Assembly (NCBI GenBank): GCA_029953675.1
Contig: JAMWBK010000006.1
Location: 124,001-188,000 of the forward strand
Reading direction: 5' to 3'
Length of the DNA: 64,000 bases
From: Rhodosorus marinus CCMP1338
Lineage: Eukaryota; Plantae; Rhodophyta
Part shown: positions 12,714-23,703 of the stretch, one piece after another
How the letters are laid out: every line of letters starts with the position of its first letter
How positions within the stretch are numbered: position 1 is the stretch's first letter
Notes under the pieces: model-generated
Told to the model about the DNA's origin: nothing
What the model saw: the letters and a program-made list of their open reading frames with translations, nothing else
Databases searched by the model: none
Made by a program: the position numbers and the translations under genes

Positions 12714-14278
12714 ATGTGGGCTTGTTGACCCTTAAGATGTCAAGCCGGAAGGTTCCCCTCTCTTGCACATTGGAGACTGTCGATGTGGAAATTCTTCTAC
12801 TGTCAGAAAAAATGAGTTGTAGATGCCGGATTACTGAAAATCGGGCGTGCGCTAATGCTCAGGTTCCACTCCCAACAACTTGCAGTGCACTCGGGCGAGA
12901 GCAACTCTTCTCCATGCTCTGACATACAGAAATACGCCTTGTGCATAAAAGATTTCCACAACGCTCGGAAACAGTTTGAATTCAGTTTTCTGATGTATCC
13001 ACTTTGCATACTGGAATAGTCTCCCATCCCACAAGTGCTGCTTCAGTAAAGCTAATGCTACTGAACTTGAGGAATCCACCGAATCCCAGCAGTCACGAAC
13101 AACTCCGCTTGGGCCGCAAGCGTGCAGAAGTCGCTTGGGGGATAGTTAGGCATATTCTAAAAATAGTATCCATGAGACAATCTGTTCAAATTCATATCGA
13201 TATTTAAAAGCAAAAGCATACCTGGTCAAAACAATTTCCAAAATAAAAATGAGTCACTCGAAATTACAATGAAATACACCTTGAGCGTATATGACAATTG
13301 AATTACAGATTGTGATCTGTGATAAGTTTGTATCCTGTCTATATCTGGTGATAACATGGATTGATATCCAAATTATATCAAAATATGACCAACAGTATTC
13401 ATCGCGGAATCAATAATTGAGGCGTTTGTCCTAGATTAAGATCCAGATGACCACTCAGGTGGCGCTTGGATGCTCGCATGTGTCCAAAAATAGTGCCCAA
13501 CAGTGGTTGCTCCTTTGTGTCGCACCCAGCGCACCTTGCGAGTGGTTTGCTGTAAGCGTTGGTTTTCCAGCACCAGGTAAGGGAGGGTATTTTAATTTAT
13601 CTTTGCGGGTTTCTTCAGTAGAAACGCGTGTGTTCTATTGAATAAAACAATTAGGAGGACAGACAAGGACTGATGGCAATACAAAAATTCTCACCTCCCC
13701 TGTGGCGAAGTTCAACAATATATACTCATCTATTGGTCTGTATCAGACTCATCCCAAAATATCATCCAATAAATATGCTTTATTTTGCGCTCGGGCAGAT
13801 ACTCCGCGATATTCGGACTTTCATTGGATAAATACTCGGAAACGAATCTTAATTGGACGTATTTCCCTTGTAACGCTCGGCCCTTTGACCAGTGGATTGG
13901 TCTTTCCCAGAGACGATCGCCGAAAAAGAACCTTATTGGACAGTACTGATATCAGTTCTTCTATAGAAGGAAATGATTGGATTATGAGGACAGTAAGCTC
14001 ACTTTCTTAGAAGCCAGGGCTCGGGTAGGATTTTGCCGGGGTGCGTACTAGTGTCAGCAGCGACGACCAAGCGCATTTTTCATTGACGGGCACTGTGTGA
14101 TATAACTGAAGGTTCCATAGCAAAAACCTGACGGCAATCGGGGAGCTCGTACACGAGGTGTGTAGATGTGAGTGAGGAAGAGAGAATAGTTTGTGAGGTT
14201 TAATAAGCTAGCCAGAAGGGATTGCAAGGGAGGTGGCGGTGGAGGAGGGTTTCTTGTGAGTTTAACAGGTTGGATCGG

Positions 14279-14716
14279 ATGTCGACCTCTGTTTGGACAG
14301 GAGTTGAGAAATATTTTGACAGATACGAGGAGAGCTTGAGAGCAAAACAGATAGATATGGAAATGGAACTGCAGCAGGACAAGCGAGCTCATATGGAGCC
14401 AGAGGACAAGAAGCGGAAAAGGAAGCGAATTGTAATTCCGCGAGCTCTGGTTGAAGAGGCAATGAGAGATCTTGACGGTACCACAGCAGCAAGAGCGAAG
14501 CACATGAGCAACCAGGAAAGAGATCTCGTCCTTCTCAAGAGAAAACTTCGCAACCGGGAGTCCGCGAAGAGGTCGAACATGAAGAGGCAGATGGAAGCAT
14601 CCGCGCTTCAGGCTGAGCTGTCTCACGTTACCCAGCTGTTGGAGCAGGAGCTTCTACAGTTAGAGCAATTCCAGGCTGCGCGGAAGGGTCTCCATCCTGA
14701 GACTGCTCGAAGATAG
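14279..14716 (+). CDS. bZIP-like transcription factor, 145 aa, intronless
   Basis: Basic region KRKLRNRESAKRSNMKRQ followed by a Leu-rich heptad segment. First in-frame ATG is at 14279. Confidence 0.82.
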   Translation: MSTSVWTGVEKYFDRYEESLRAKQIDMEMELQQDKRAHMEPEDKKRKRKRIVIPRALVEEAMRDLDGTTAARAKHMSNQERDLVLLKRKLRNRESAKRSNMKRQMEASALQAELSHVTQLLEQELLQLEQFQAARKGLHPETARR

Positions 14717-15509
14717 AACAACAACTTTCGTGACATGGCACTATTGATGTGTAGCCCAATTTTTATATCCATTAACCAATATATTGTAGCTGACTACCAG
14801 AAGGCTAACTATCTAACCGCTTCGTCGGTGGAAACTAATATGAATAAAATCCCTGACTTCTTTGTACGCCAGCTTGACTGCTCTCCGGTTGGGAGTGACG
14901 TATTAGCCTCTTCTTGCACAAAAGTACATAGAGCTAAAACCTGGGGCCTTTCTATGGATTCTGGCTCGTTCGGACATGGACTGCTTAATGACTTCGTACT
15001 CTTTCACCGTCCCTCCTTCATGGCCACCATTTTACTAGTGCGGACGGAGCACCCTACCTTTTGATGGTGATCTATATTCATGTATAGAAGCGCGCCCCAT
15101 TCTTACCCCTCTTTTCAATCCAAAGGTCAAAAACTGATCTGTACCTTTGGGTGGTTATCAACTCTATGCTTTCGGAATCGTAGGTTCTGGACTGGAGCTG
15201 GGTTTGACCGGGCGAACGAGGATCGATTTGAGCAATGTTATCCACCGCCCTTTTAAAAATGCACATCTGGGACGAAGGAATAAAGCCGTGAAAGGTTGTT
15301 GAGCTCTAGGACTCTAAAATAAGCGAGCGAGCCGGCCTCCATTTCGAACTCCAAAGACCGTCGTTTTTCGGCACGGAACGATGAAACAAAAAAAGTTCTC
15401 TTTTCATGAAAAGTTTTCTCATTGGGCGCGAGAGAATGTCGGAAATGCTTCCTCCGCTATCCACATGGGTTAAATAGTGCTCCCTACTCTCCGGGCTTTT
15501 GTTGCCTTT

Positions 15510-16163
15510 CTAAACTTCCAGGAGCAAGTCAAAATGGCCGCGATCCGCAGACCCACTGTATAAAAGGCCGACTGAGTTCTTCCCAAAGTCATGCGTTTGG
15601 TAGCATCGGACCTCGTTATGCTCGCTTACAAACATTTCAATTCGAAGGCCCATAGCTCTGGCTATCATCATCAACTCGACCTCCCCAAACTGGGCTCCAA
15701 GCCAGTGGCCGTCCATACCACCCTCCATTGTTGTCTTGAGAAAGTCCTCGAGCTCTGCCTCTTCAAAACCAAATTCCTTCAGTTTTTCAGAGTAGTATCC
15801 TGGAGCAGACTCTGCCTCCTTCTTCAAAAGTTTTCTGATGTCGCCTTCACTGAAATCGAGATCCACAGCTACTTCCGTACCCGACTCCTGCAGAGCATTC
15901 AAACCAGCAGCTACAGCATGGAAGCCGCAGTTCCCATCTCCGGGAATAGAGACGAGCTTGTATCTCCTCCCTTTGGCATCAGTAAGTGGTTCCTCGTCTG
16001 CGCTCTTCACAATTTGAAAAACGGCAAAAATCACGAAACCCAGAAGAATCAACGCCAAGGGTACCGACATTGTATAAGGAACGTTGTCCGCTCCCATATC
16101 AGCCCTCATTTTATCCAAATGCGCAAGCACTCGCTCAGTAACAAGCTTGCTCAAGTCTGCCAT
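15510..16163 (-). CDS. OTU-family cysteine protease (deubiquitinase) with an N-terminal transmembrane helix, 217 aa
   Basis: Cys loop IPGDGNCGFHAV, variable-loop W(x)5GEVEL and His loop LLYSG…GHFDLL. Hydrophobic run VPLALILLGFVIFAVFQIV lies before the domain. First ATG is at 16163. Confidence 0.9.
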   Translation of the reverse strand: MADLSKLVTERVLAHLDKMRADMGADNVPYTMSVPLALILLGFVIFAVFQIVKSADEEPLTDAKGRRYKLVSIPGDGNCGFHAVAAGLNALQESGTEVAVDLDFSEGDIRKLLKKEAESAPGYYSEKLKEFGFEEAELEDFLKTTMEGGMDGHWLGAQFGEVELMMIARAMGLRIEMFVSEHNEVRCYQTHDFGKNSVGLLYSGSADRGHFDLLLEV

Positions 16164-17426
16164 GTCAACCTCCTTTTCCTCAGAACCTAATAACTTCACA
16201 AAGCCGACGCGACCCTCCAACCTCAGAACCAAGTCTAAAGTCTCCAGCAGGAACTCAACCAGAGTCCCAACCCCTCTAACCTCGCCCCAACATAAACCAC
16301 AGAGTCGAGCAATGCAAAGCACCACAGCCAAAACCGCAGCCCTTTCGCTCACAGAGAGCCCCTCTCCCCCTACGCACCTCCTTTCTCCCACCCTAACGTC
16401 GCCCGCTCAGCCACAAGCCCCTTCACCTCTTCCTCTATATATATATAGCTGCTTCGAGCCCGTGGGCAGCGATTCAGCTGCTTCGTGGCTTTCACCGCTA
16501 AAAAAAAACAAACGCTCAACTTACAAAACCAGAACTTCTTATATAAATACATTTTTAAAATAATCAACACTCTTAACCCCCTTCCTGACTTTAACAAATA
16601 ACCATTTTAGTTTTAGACATTCAATTATTTTGGATTGATAAGGAGGGGATGGAGGGAACAATAATTTATGTGACGAAATAGATCATAGATTTCCTGTGCT
16701 GGCCGTTTTAGGAGTTTGCTTTTGCTGAAACTGCTTCTGAATAGTGTTGTATCATTAAGAACAAGAAGGGGAGGAAGGATTTCTTCACAATTTTTTGTAT
16801 TTCAACGCCTCTGCTGTTTTTTTTACGACAAGAAAATATTAATGGACAGACCGGGGGGGAACATTGGTTTTTCTAGCCCGCTCTGATTCGGGGGGTTCTC
16901 AGCCAGTACGACATAATGTATTAGGATATTTTTAGAAGTCCCCGGATTCCAAAAAACGGAAGAAGGCTTATCCAATCATTCGTCAACAAATCACGGCGTC
17001 GCGGTACATCATTCGTTCATGTTCCATCATTATCCAATTATCGCACAATATATCATTCATAATATGTTTATTTCTACCCATGTGCATGGAGCAATGGCCG
17101 ACATCGCACCCCAAGATCAAAGCTGCCATCGGAAAGGACTGAAAAAAGAAAAATAACATTGTCCGTGTAAGAATAAAATTGTTAGAACTCTTTGGGGAGG
17201 TTCTCACAAAAAATATCATCTATAAGACACTTGCTGATATTTCATTGGTGTTCGTTTGAGCGAAAGAATCTAAGAAAAAAAATCGCCTTATCCGACACCG
17301 AAATATTTGAAAAATTCCATGTATGCAATTATTTCTTGGATTGAACACAGTACTGCTTTTACAGGCACAGAGAGCTAAAAGGGCTTCGGTGAGTCCATGT
17401 GAATAGCGCGGGAACGAGTAGGAATG

Positions 17427-17647
17427 GGGCATGGCGCATGCCCTTATTGAGGATGAATGCCATCGTTGATCGTAATAAAAATTCGATTTGGGGCTTATCT
17501 CTATGGGACATTTGGGGGCAAGCTTGTGTGGATCGGCGAGGGGCCAGTTGAAATCGCCGATTTGGCTTGCACCGGGGCAACGGTGGCATCGAAACCTTTG
17601 AAATCTGATCCAAATGCGATAGGGCAATTGGGGCATGCCCCGTGCCC
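17427..17647. repeat. Imperfect 23-bp inverted repeats enclosing 221 bp (possible old MITE)
   Basis: 17427-17449 gggcatggcgcatgcccttattg versus the reverse complement of 17625-17647, gggcacggggcatgccccaattg: 19/23 matches. No target-site duplication seen. Confidence 0.4.
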
Positions 17648-17794
17648 ACCTTCACTGAGAGGAACCCGTACAAGGTGACGTGAATGTGTCAATAGCCGAT
17701 ACTATTCAGAGTTTTCTGATTGAACTCGTATTGTCGTGCAGCGTGGCTTGAGGTACATTCGTGATGCCTTGAACCAATTGTCCCGGCATACGTC

Positions 17795-17815
17795 CGCACG
17801 CACGCACGCACGCAC
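17795..17815. repeat. (CGCA)5 microsatellite
   Basis: cgcacgcacgcacgcacgcac read directly from the sequence. Confidence 0.85.
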
Positions 17816-17825
17816 AAGTCTCACG

Positions 17826-18700
17826 TTATCTCCCCGAAATGCTCCAAGGATGTTGTTTTCGAGTGATCTGATATCAGCAGCCTTTTTTCCTCCGTATGTA
17901 GCTACTACATACCTGAACGAGGCTTCGTATTCGTGCTTGGATTCCGGCTCATAGACTGAATCCTGAGTTTGCATGGGAAAGGTTACAAGCTGCGAAAAGA
18001 TCGTACAGAGAGACTCGTTAGTGTCCCAAAGTACTAGCAGAAGGGTAGCAAGCCGGGGGGGCACAGGAGGTCTTAATTTGCAGCAAGACGCAAGCATCCT
18101 TCATGGAATTTTTTGTCGTTTGTTAGAACGGGTGTAGTTGTGAGCATTTTGAACGTATCGATTTTGTGCGCGGGTGCCTTTCCATCTAATCCGGACGGAA
18201 TAGGTAAGTCCGCGAGGCTACAGCAGCGACGAACTGATCGGTAGCGCAAAGTGACAAGGAGAATAGGTTGCCATCGTGGGTACCACTTTTACAATACCGA
18301 GCCACTTTCAATGGCGGCTATTCGTAATGCATACTGATCTCAATCATTCATCGAACGGTGATGCGTTGGGAATGAACCCCTGCCTGATCACTTCAGCATC
18401 TTTGTTCTTTGAATCAATTTCTTCCAGTGCCGTGAGTTGGCATCAGTCACAGTCATTACATTAGCAAAGAGCTGACGTGTCGCCCAGACGAGGGGAAAGT
18501 AAAACATAGGCCACTGTGGAGAGGGTTTGGAATAGGCCCTGAACTCCGCATCGAGAGGGCCTCCTCAACATGAGTCTAGAAACTGACGAGGGCACGGCTA
18601 GAAAAGCTTACATCTTCATCTGGGAGAAGTGAGGACCCGTCGAATAGCCAAGGGAATGATTACATGCTTTCCTTTTCCGGCGCCTGGCTTTCAGTGACAA
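17826..18700 (-). CDS. Possible multi-exon gene of unknown function (boundaries unresolved)
   Basis: Exon-like open frames on the minus strand: DSVYEPESKHEYEASFRYVVATYGGKKAADIRSLENNILGAFRGDN, flanked by cag| and |gtgaga, and DAEFRAYSKPSPQWPMFYFPLVWATRQLFANV. I could not build a complete splice path. Confidence 0.3.
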
Positions 18701-19439
18701 AGACAATGTTCATGGAGTCTAAAACACGTGGAACAAACAATAGCAGTAACCACGTACGCTACATTTGCTCGCATTATAATCAGACAGTCAACGTAGGCCA
18801 ACATGGCAGACGCAAGCAATGATAGGGTGGTTCGAATTCCATTCCAAACGCCAGACAACGGCATACCAACTACATAAGACGGCGCCCTCTCCAATCCTCA
18901 GAGAAGCCGTATCTCCCGCACCTTTGCTACCCGCCTACCAACGGTATCACGGAATTCGATGAGGCTCAACAACGCACTTGCTACTCATTCCAGTCTCTGT
19001 CTGCAAGTCACTAGACGGATCCCCTACAACCCTGAGCTACTAGAAAGCTGTGTCCTGTCCTCTCCAACACACGCTTGTCGGCGGTCAATTCCCGAAACGC
19101 TTTTGCCGGTTAAGTTTGTATAAGTAGCGAAGCTTCCGTACCCGCAGTTTGCTCTCCTCAATAGCACCAAACCCACGCAATTCAGATGCCCGAAGGTGTC
19201 CGTAAGAATACCGCGACAGATTGGATGGGCGGCGGGACTGAGCCGCGTCGAACGGGCGAAAAGGAGGAGCAGTTAAAAATTCGAAGTTGCTTAAGCCCGA
19301 AAAGATGAGCAGTTGAAGTCGACTTGGAGCAGTGTTTCTGATATGTGAGCTAGTGTCGTCTTCTGGAGTGTCGTAGTGTCAGCGCGGTGGGCGGTGACAG
19401 GCTTATGGGTGAACTAGTCGGTAGCCTTTGAAACCCAAT

Positions 19440-21135
19440 ATGAGCACGAGCGCGCTGATTAAGAAGTCGACAGCGGCGATTCCTCCAATGGCTCTGAACA
19501 CGGCAAAGCTCCGGCTTCAAGTTATGGAGCGGAACAGTTGCATGCCTGCATCCGAGTTCGAGGTCGGGCGACTTGCAAACGCCTTGGTGACCTCACGGGA
19601 CTTTGCTGGAATTAGATCACTGGTGGCCATTCTCACTTGGAAAAAATCCACTCAAAAAGTCTCCGCATTCACCTACGAGAGGCTCGTCCAAGGCTCGTTG
19701 AGGCATGATGAGTTGGGGACTCAAACAGCGCTGCGGCTGTACAGGAACTTGTTCTGGCGAGGAATAAAACCCACGAGCTCTACTTTCGCGATGATCATGG
19801 CTAGATTGACGCATGAGAAGAAGCTCGATCTCGCTCTTAAGGTCTACGCTCACTTCCAGAATGTAGTAGCTGTCAAAGACATCGGCATCTCAAACTCACT
19901 CCTGTCGGTGCTGAGCAAGAAAGGTGATCTCAAACGCATGAGGTGAGGAGAGCGCCCCCCATCGGTCCAGCACACCCCGTGAAACTCACTCTATATCTTG
20001 CTTTATATACGGCTGCAGGATTGTGTTCGATCGGATCAAGATGAAAGGAATCTCGCCAGATGTACGAACCTTCACGATATTCATGGACGCTCACTATCGT
20101 CGCGGTGAAATGGAAGGGGTGCAAAAAGCGTGGATGGCTATGGAGAGGAGAAAGATTCAGCCAGACGATGTTGCTGTGCAGATTCTGCTAAAATCTCTCG
20201 GTAAGCTGAGCGGGGCGATAGCAGCTGAGGACACCCTCTTGTCTAGACCAAGCTCAAACGCGGGCGCCTGGGAAGAAGTCATTGCAGCGTACGGAAGAGA
20301 GAGAAACCAACGGAAATCTGGAGAGGTTTTCCTTAAAATGGTGGAGTCTGGGGTGAAGCCCTCCGAAAGAACCTTCGTGGAACTAGCAAGGTCAGCGTTT
20401 AGAAGCAATCGCTGGTTTCCGTTTCCATGTTTGCCTTGCGATGCGCAGATGGACTATTCTAAATCTGCATCACAAACTCGTTTCATGTTTAGAATTTGTC
20501 AACCGGAATCGGTCCTTCGGGAAATGGATGTTCATAGCATCCCCCCAACGGAGTGGGTTTTCGCCGCGATGATGCACCGCTACGCGAAGGTCGGCGTAGC
20601 CCAAAAGGCTTTAGAGATCGAGAGGACGATGGTCAGTCGAGGAATTCAACCATCGGAGAGGACTCAGCTTGAAATCGCTCGTGCCTTTGCCCGCAGTGGG
20701 AATGTGGACGAGGTGAAATCCCGCTTGGGCAAGAGAAACGATTTACAAGCCCTTAATACGTACATCCAAGCCTATTGCGAGAAAGGCGACGTTTCTCAAG
20801 CTGTAGAAATCTTTAGATGTTTATTGAAGAGCGGGCACGAACCCAACGAACGAACATATGGATATATGATAGCCGCGCATGCTCGAGATGGAGATGCCGG
20901 TGGTGCCGAGCTTGCTTACAAAGAACTGATGGAGAAAGGACTGAAACCTTATTTAAGCATATTCATGGACATGGTGCGTGTGAGGCACAAGGCTGGAGAT
21001 GCCGTTGGTCTCCTCGCGATCTACAGTAGCGCGCTTGAGGTTGGACTGGGAACTCGTCGACTGCTTATTCCCATCAAAGCTGCTCTGAAAGATCTTGGTA
21101 GGCCAGATTTGGTTTCCAAACTTAATGCTGGTTGA
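19440..21135 (+). CDS. PPR protein, about 505 aa
   Basis: Exons 19440-19942, 20019-20390 and 20493-21135 (1518 nt). PPR motifs include GISPDVRTFTIFMDAHYRRG, GVKPSERTF, ALNTYIQAYCEKGDV and EPNERTYGYMIAAHARDG. Confidence 0.9.
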
Positions 21136-21310
21136 ACCAAAAGCACGGTCCTTGACCAGGTGCCCGCCTCGACACCGCTGTTTGACTCTGAGCTGTGGTA
21201 CAGAAAGCATTTGCCACGGGCGAGTCTATTGATTAGCCTCCCATTAACATTAACAAGTAAACTGACAGAACGTAAAACCGTAGCCTCCTTTAGCGGCAGG
21301 TGGGTCCTAC

Positions 21311-21416
21311 TGCCATGTGGGTCGGGGTTTTCGCTGTTTACCCCTCGAAACCCCCTGTTTTCGCGGGTTTAACCACTTCTGGGTCGTAAACAGCGAAAAA
21401 CCCGACCCACTTGGCA
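21311..21416. mobile_element. 106-bp element with 31-bp terminal inverted repeats (MITE-like or hairpin)
   Basis: Left arm 21311-21341 (tgccatgtgggtcggggttttcgctgtttac) matches the reverse complement of 21386-21416 at 29/31 positions, with a 44-bp spacer. No clear target-site duplication. Confidence 0.55.
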
Positions 21417-22728
21417 CAACCCTACTGCTGCAACTTGCGTTGATGGTGTACTCCATTGATCGCTCTAACCCCCTGTGATCGGATTACAGCGGCGTTGTAC
21501 AGATGACTTCTATGACTGCAAATACCAACTGAGGGGAGAGAAAACACGTGATCTTCCTCGGTTACCACATGATCGGCGACACTCGATCGTTCAGAACGAA
21601 GCATACTTGCGCTCCTTCCTCTCCCCCTCCCCCCCACAAAAAAAAGAATAACTTTGCAGGAACCCGCTGCGGTCAGATTGTTGAGCTGCTGCACGTTGGA
21701 TTCTCACAGAAAGCCTCCGGTAAATCTATGCAAATGGCTTTATTAAAAACAATCCAATCGGTTTTGACGCTGGAGAAGTATTTCCTAGAAATCCCGCCAA
21801 TAAGCTTCAGGTTCAAGTTGTACAGGACTAAACTATCCTGTCGCGGGGGGAGTACGCCTTCAAAAATGATTCAAGTTCATACGGGTAAAGCTGAAAATTC
21901 GTGGCGTCCGTAACATTACTCTTCTTGAAAATAAAAACCCGACTCTGAGGTATAAACATGAAACCGCCTAGAGGGGTAAACGGATATTGACCCAGGACTG
22001 CACGAAAGAACTCGCTTCGCTGCCCAACGGCGCTCACGTTTTATTAAATAAATTAAAAGGTATACTAAAATCAACGGAAATTAGTATCTATTTTTATCGT
22101 AAAATAAAGATTGGGTATAGGATCACCTCGTCGTGGCAACTTCTTGAATTTAATAAGAAAAAAGTGACATCCTTGATGTTTGATCGTTGAAAAAATGAAC
22201 TAGAAGTATCGCAAGGTTTTAATTCGTGCGTTTTTTCTTCTTTTTTCGATTTGTTTTTGAGCTGGTGCCCCATAGGCCCGTCAAGGAATCTGGCAAATCT
22301 GGCCAGTGTATTTCTTGGGTAACCAATCGGAAGATATGAACACAGTTTCTATTGGATATGGAATTTCCGTTTGTCCAATGATAACCTCTAAATTCCAATC
22401 TATTTTCGGAGATGTTCATTTGAAATATTGTTTCTAACAAGTTTTGTGCTCGTAGGGGCAACCTTAGGTTTGGTTGTCCATGGAAAGGTGTGTGCATAGG
22501 CTTTTTGGCTGGTGCTTGCTGAGGCGTCTGGGCAGACGATCGAGAGCTCAGGTTCCGAGGGCATCCACAGAGGGTATCGGAATGTAGAGAGAGTTTGTTC
22601 GAAAAACCACGGTTGGGCGTTTAGGGTAGTGCCTGTGGTGTAGATGATTGGAGAAGGGTGATAGAGGTGGGTGTGTTTGGGCCTTGTCGGATGTCAGTTG
22701 AGCTCGTCTCGTGTTTACCTTAAGCAAG

Positions 22729-23703
22729 ATGGCTCAAGGCAGTGGTGAGAAGTTGAGGAGAAAGTGGAAGGAGGATGGTTTGCTCTTGGATGATGAGTGG
22801 GTTGAGGTAACGGAAGAACTGCTAGGTTCTGGCGGAAGCGCTGAGGTGTTTCGGGGAAGGTTTGATGGAGAAGACATAGCAGTCAAGAGGTATTTAAATG
22901 ACAAGCATGTGGAGAGCATGCAGCGGGAGGTAGAGCTGATGATATCCTTAAAGCACCCGAACGTCCTCACAATTCATGGAGTCGCGATTGTTGATGACAA
23001 GTACCACGTTATACTGCCACTCTCTGCGAATGGAAACTTGTCAACCTTCATTCACGGGAGCCAGCCGCCTCCTGACGAGAAGCAAAAGATGCGAATTGCT
23101 CAGGGTATTTGCGAAGGGCTCAGCTACCTGCACAGTCACGGCGTTGTTCACGGGGATTTGAAGGTTTGTTGAGCTCTTGCTTTGGGTACGATTCGCTTTC
23201 GGCTTTTCTCCTGACCCTTCTTATTGTTCTATTTTGCCTACTTGCAGCCGGAGAACATTCTTTTGGATGAGAACTACAATCCTTGCATATCAGATTTTGG
23301 GCTTTCGCAAAAGGTTCGACCCGGTTCCAACGTTTCGGCGAGGAAGGGCACGTATCGGTATATGGCACCCGAGATCGTAAAGCAGGGAGCTTACAGTAGG
23401 AAAGCGGACGTATACTCTTTGGGGGTTCTTCTGTGTGAGCTGTTCACTGGAAGAGTGCCGTACGGAGAGGGAAATAGCCGTCGACTTGCCATGGCAGCCA
23501 GCTACAAGACGTTGAGACCCAATTTGCATGGAATCGGATCACCCGTAATGGTCGCATTGATAGAAGAATGCTGGAATAGTGATCCTGCGCGAAGGCCTAC
23601 AATGAAAGCAGTTCTTAAGGATGTCAAGAAGCTGGGATCAGAAAACCAAAAGGGAAGGCCGTGGATGAGTTCGTTTCTCAGATCTGCGAAAGTCGGTGTT
23701 TAA
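22729..23703 (+). CDS. Tyrosine-kinase-like (Raf/MAP3K-like) Ser/Thr kinase, 296 aa
   Basis: Exons 22729-23163 and 23248-23703. Motifs LGSGGSAEV, IAVK, HGDLK|PEN, DFG and GTYRYMAPE. Confidence 0.95.

Noticed and set aside
12716-13207. Overlapping 65-75 aa ORFs on both strands
   Set aside because: No family signature, and no frame is clearly preferred.
16163-16391. 76-aa N-terminal extension of the OTU ORF in the track
   Set aside because: It begins at GTG with no ATG until 16163; in a eukaryote this is most likely 5' UTR.
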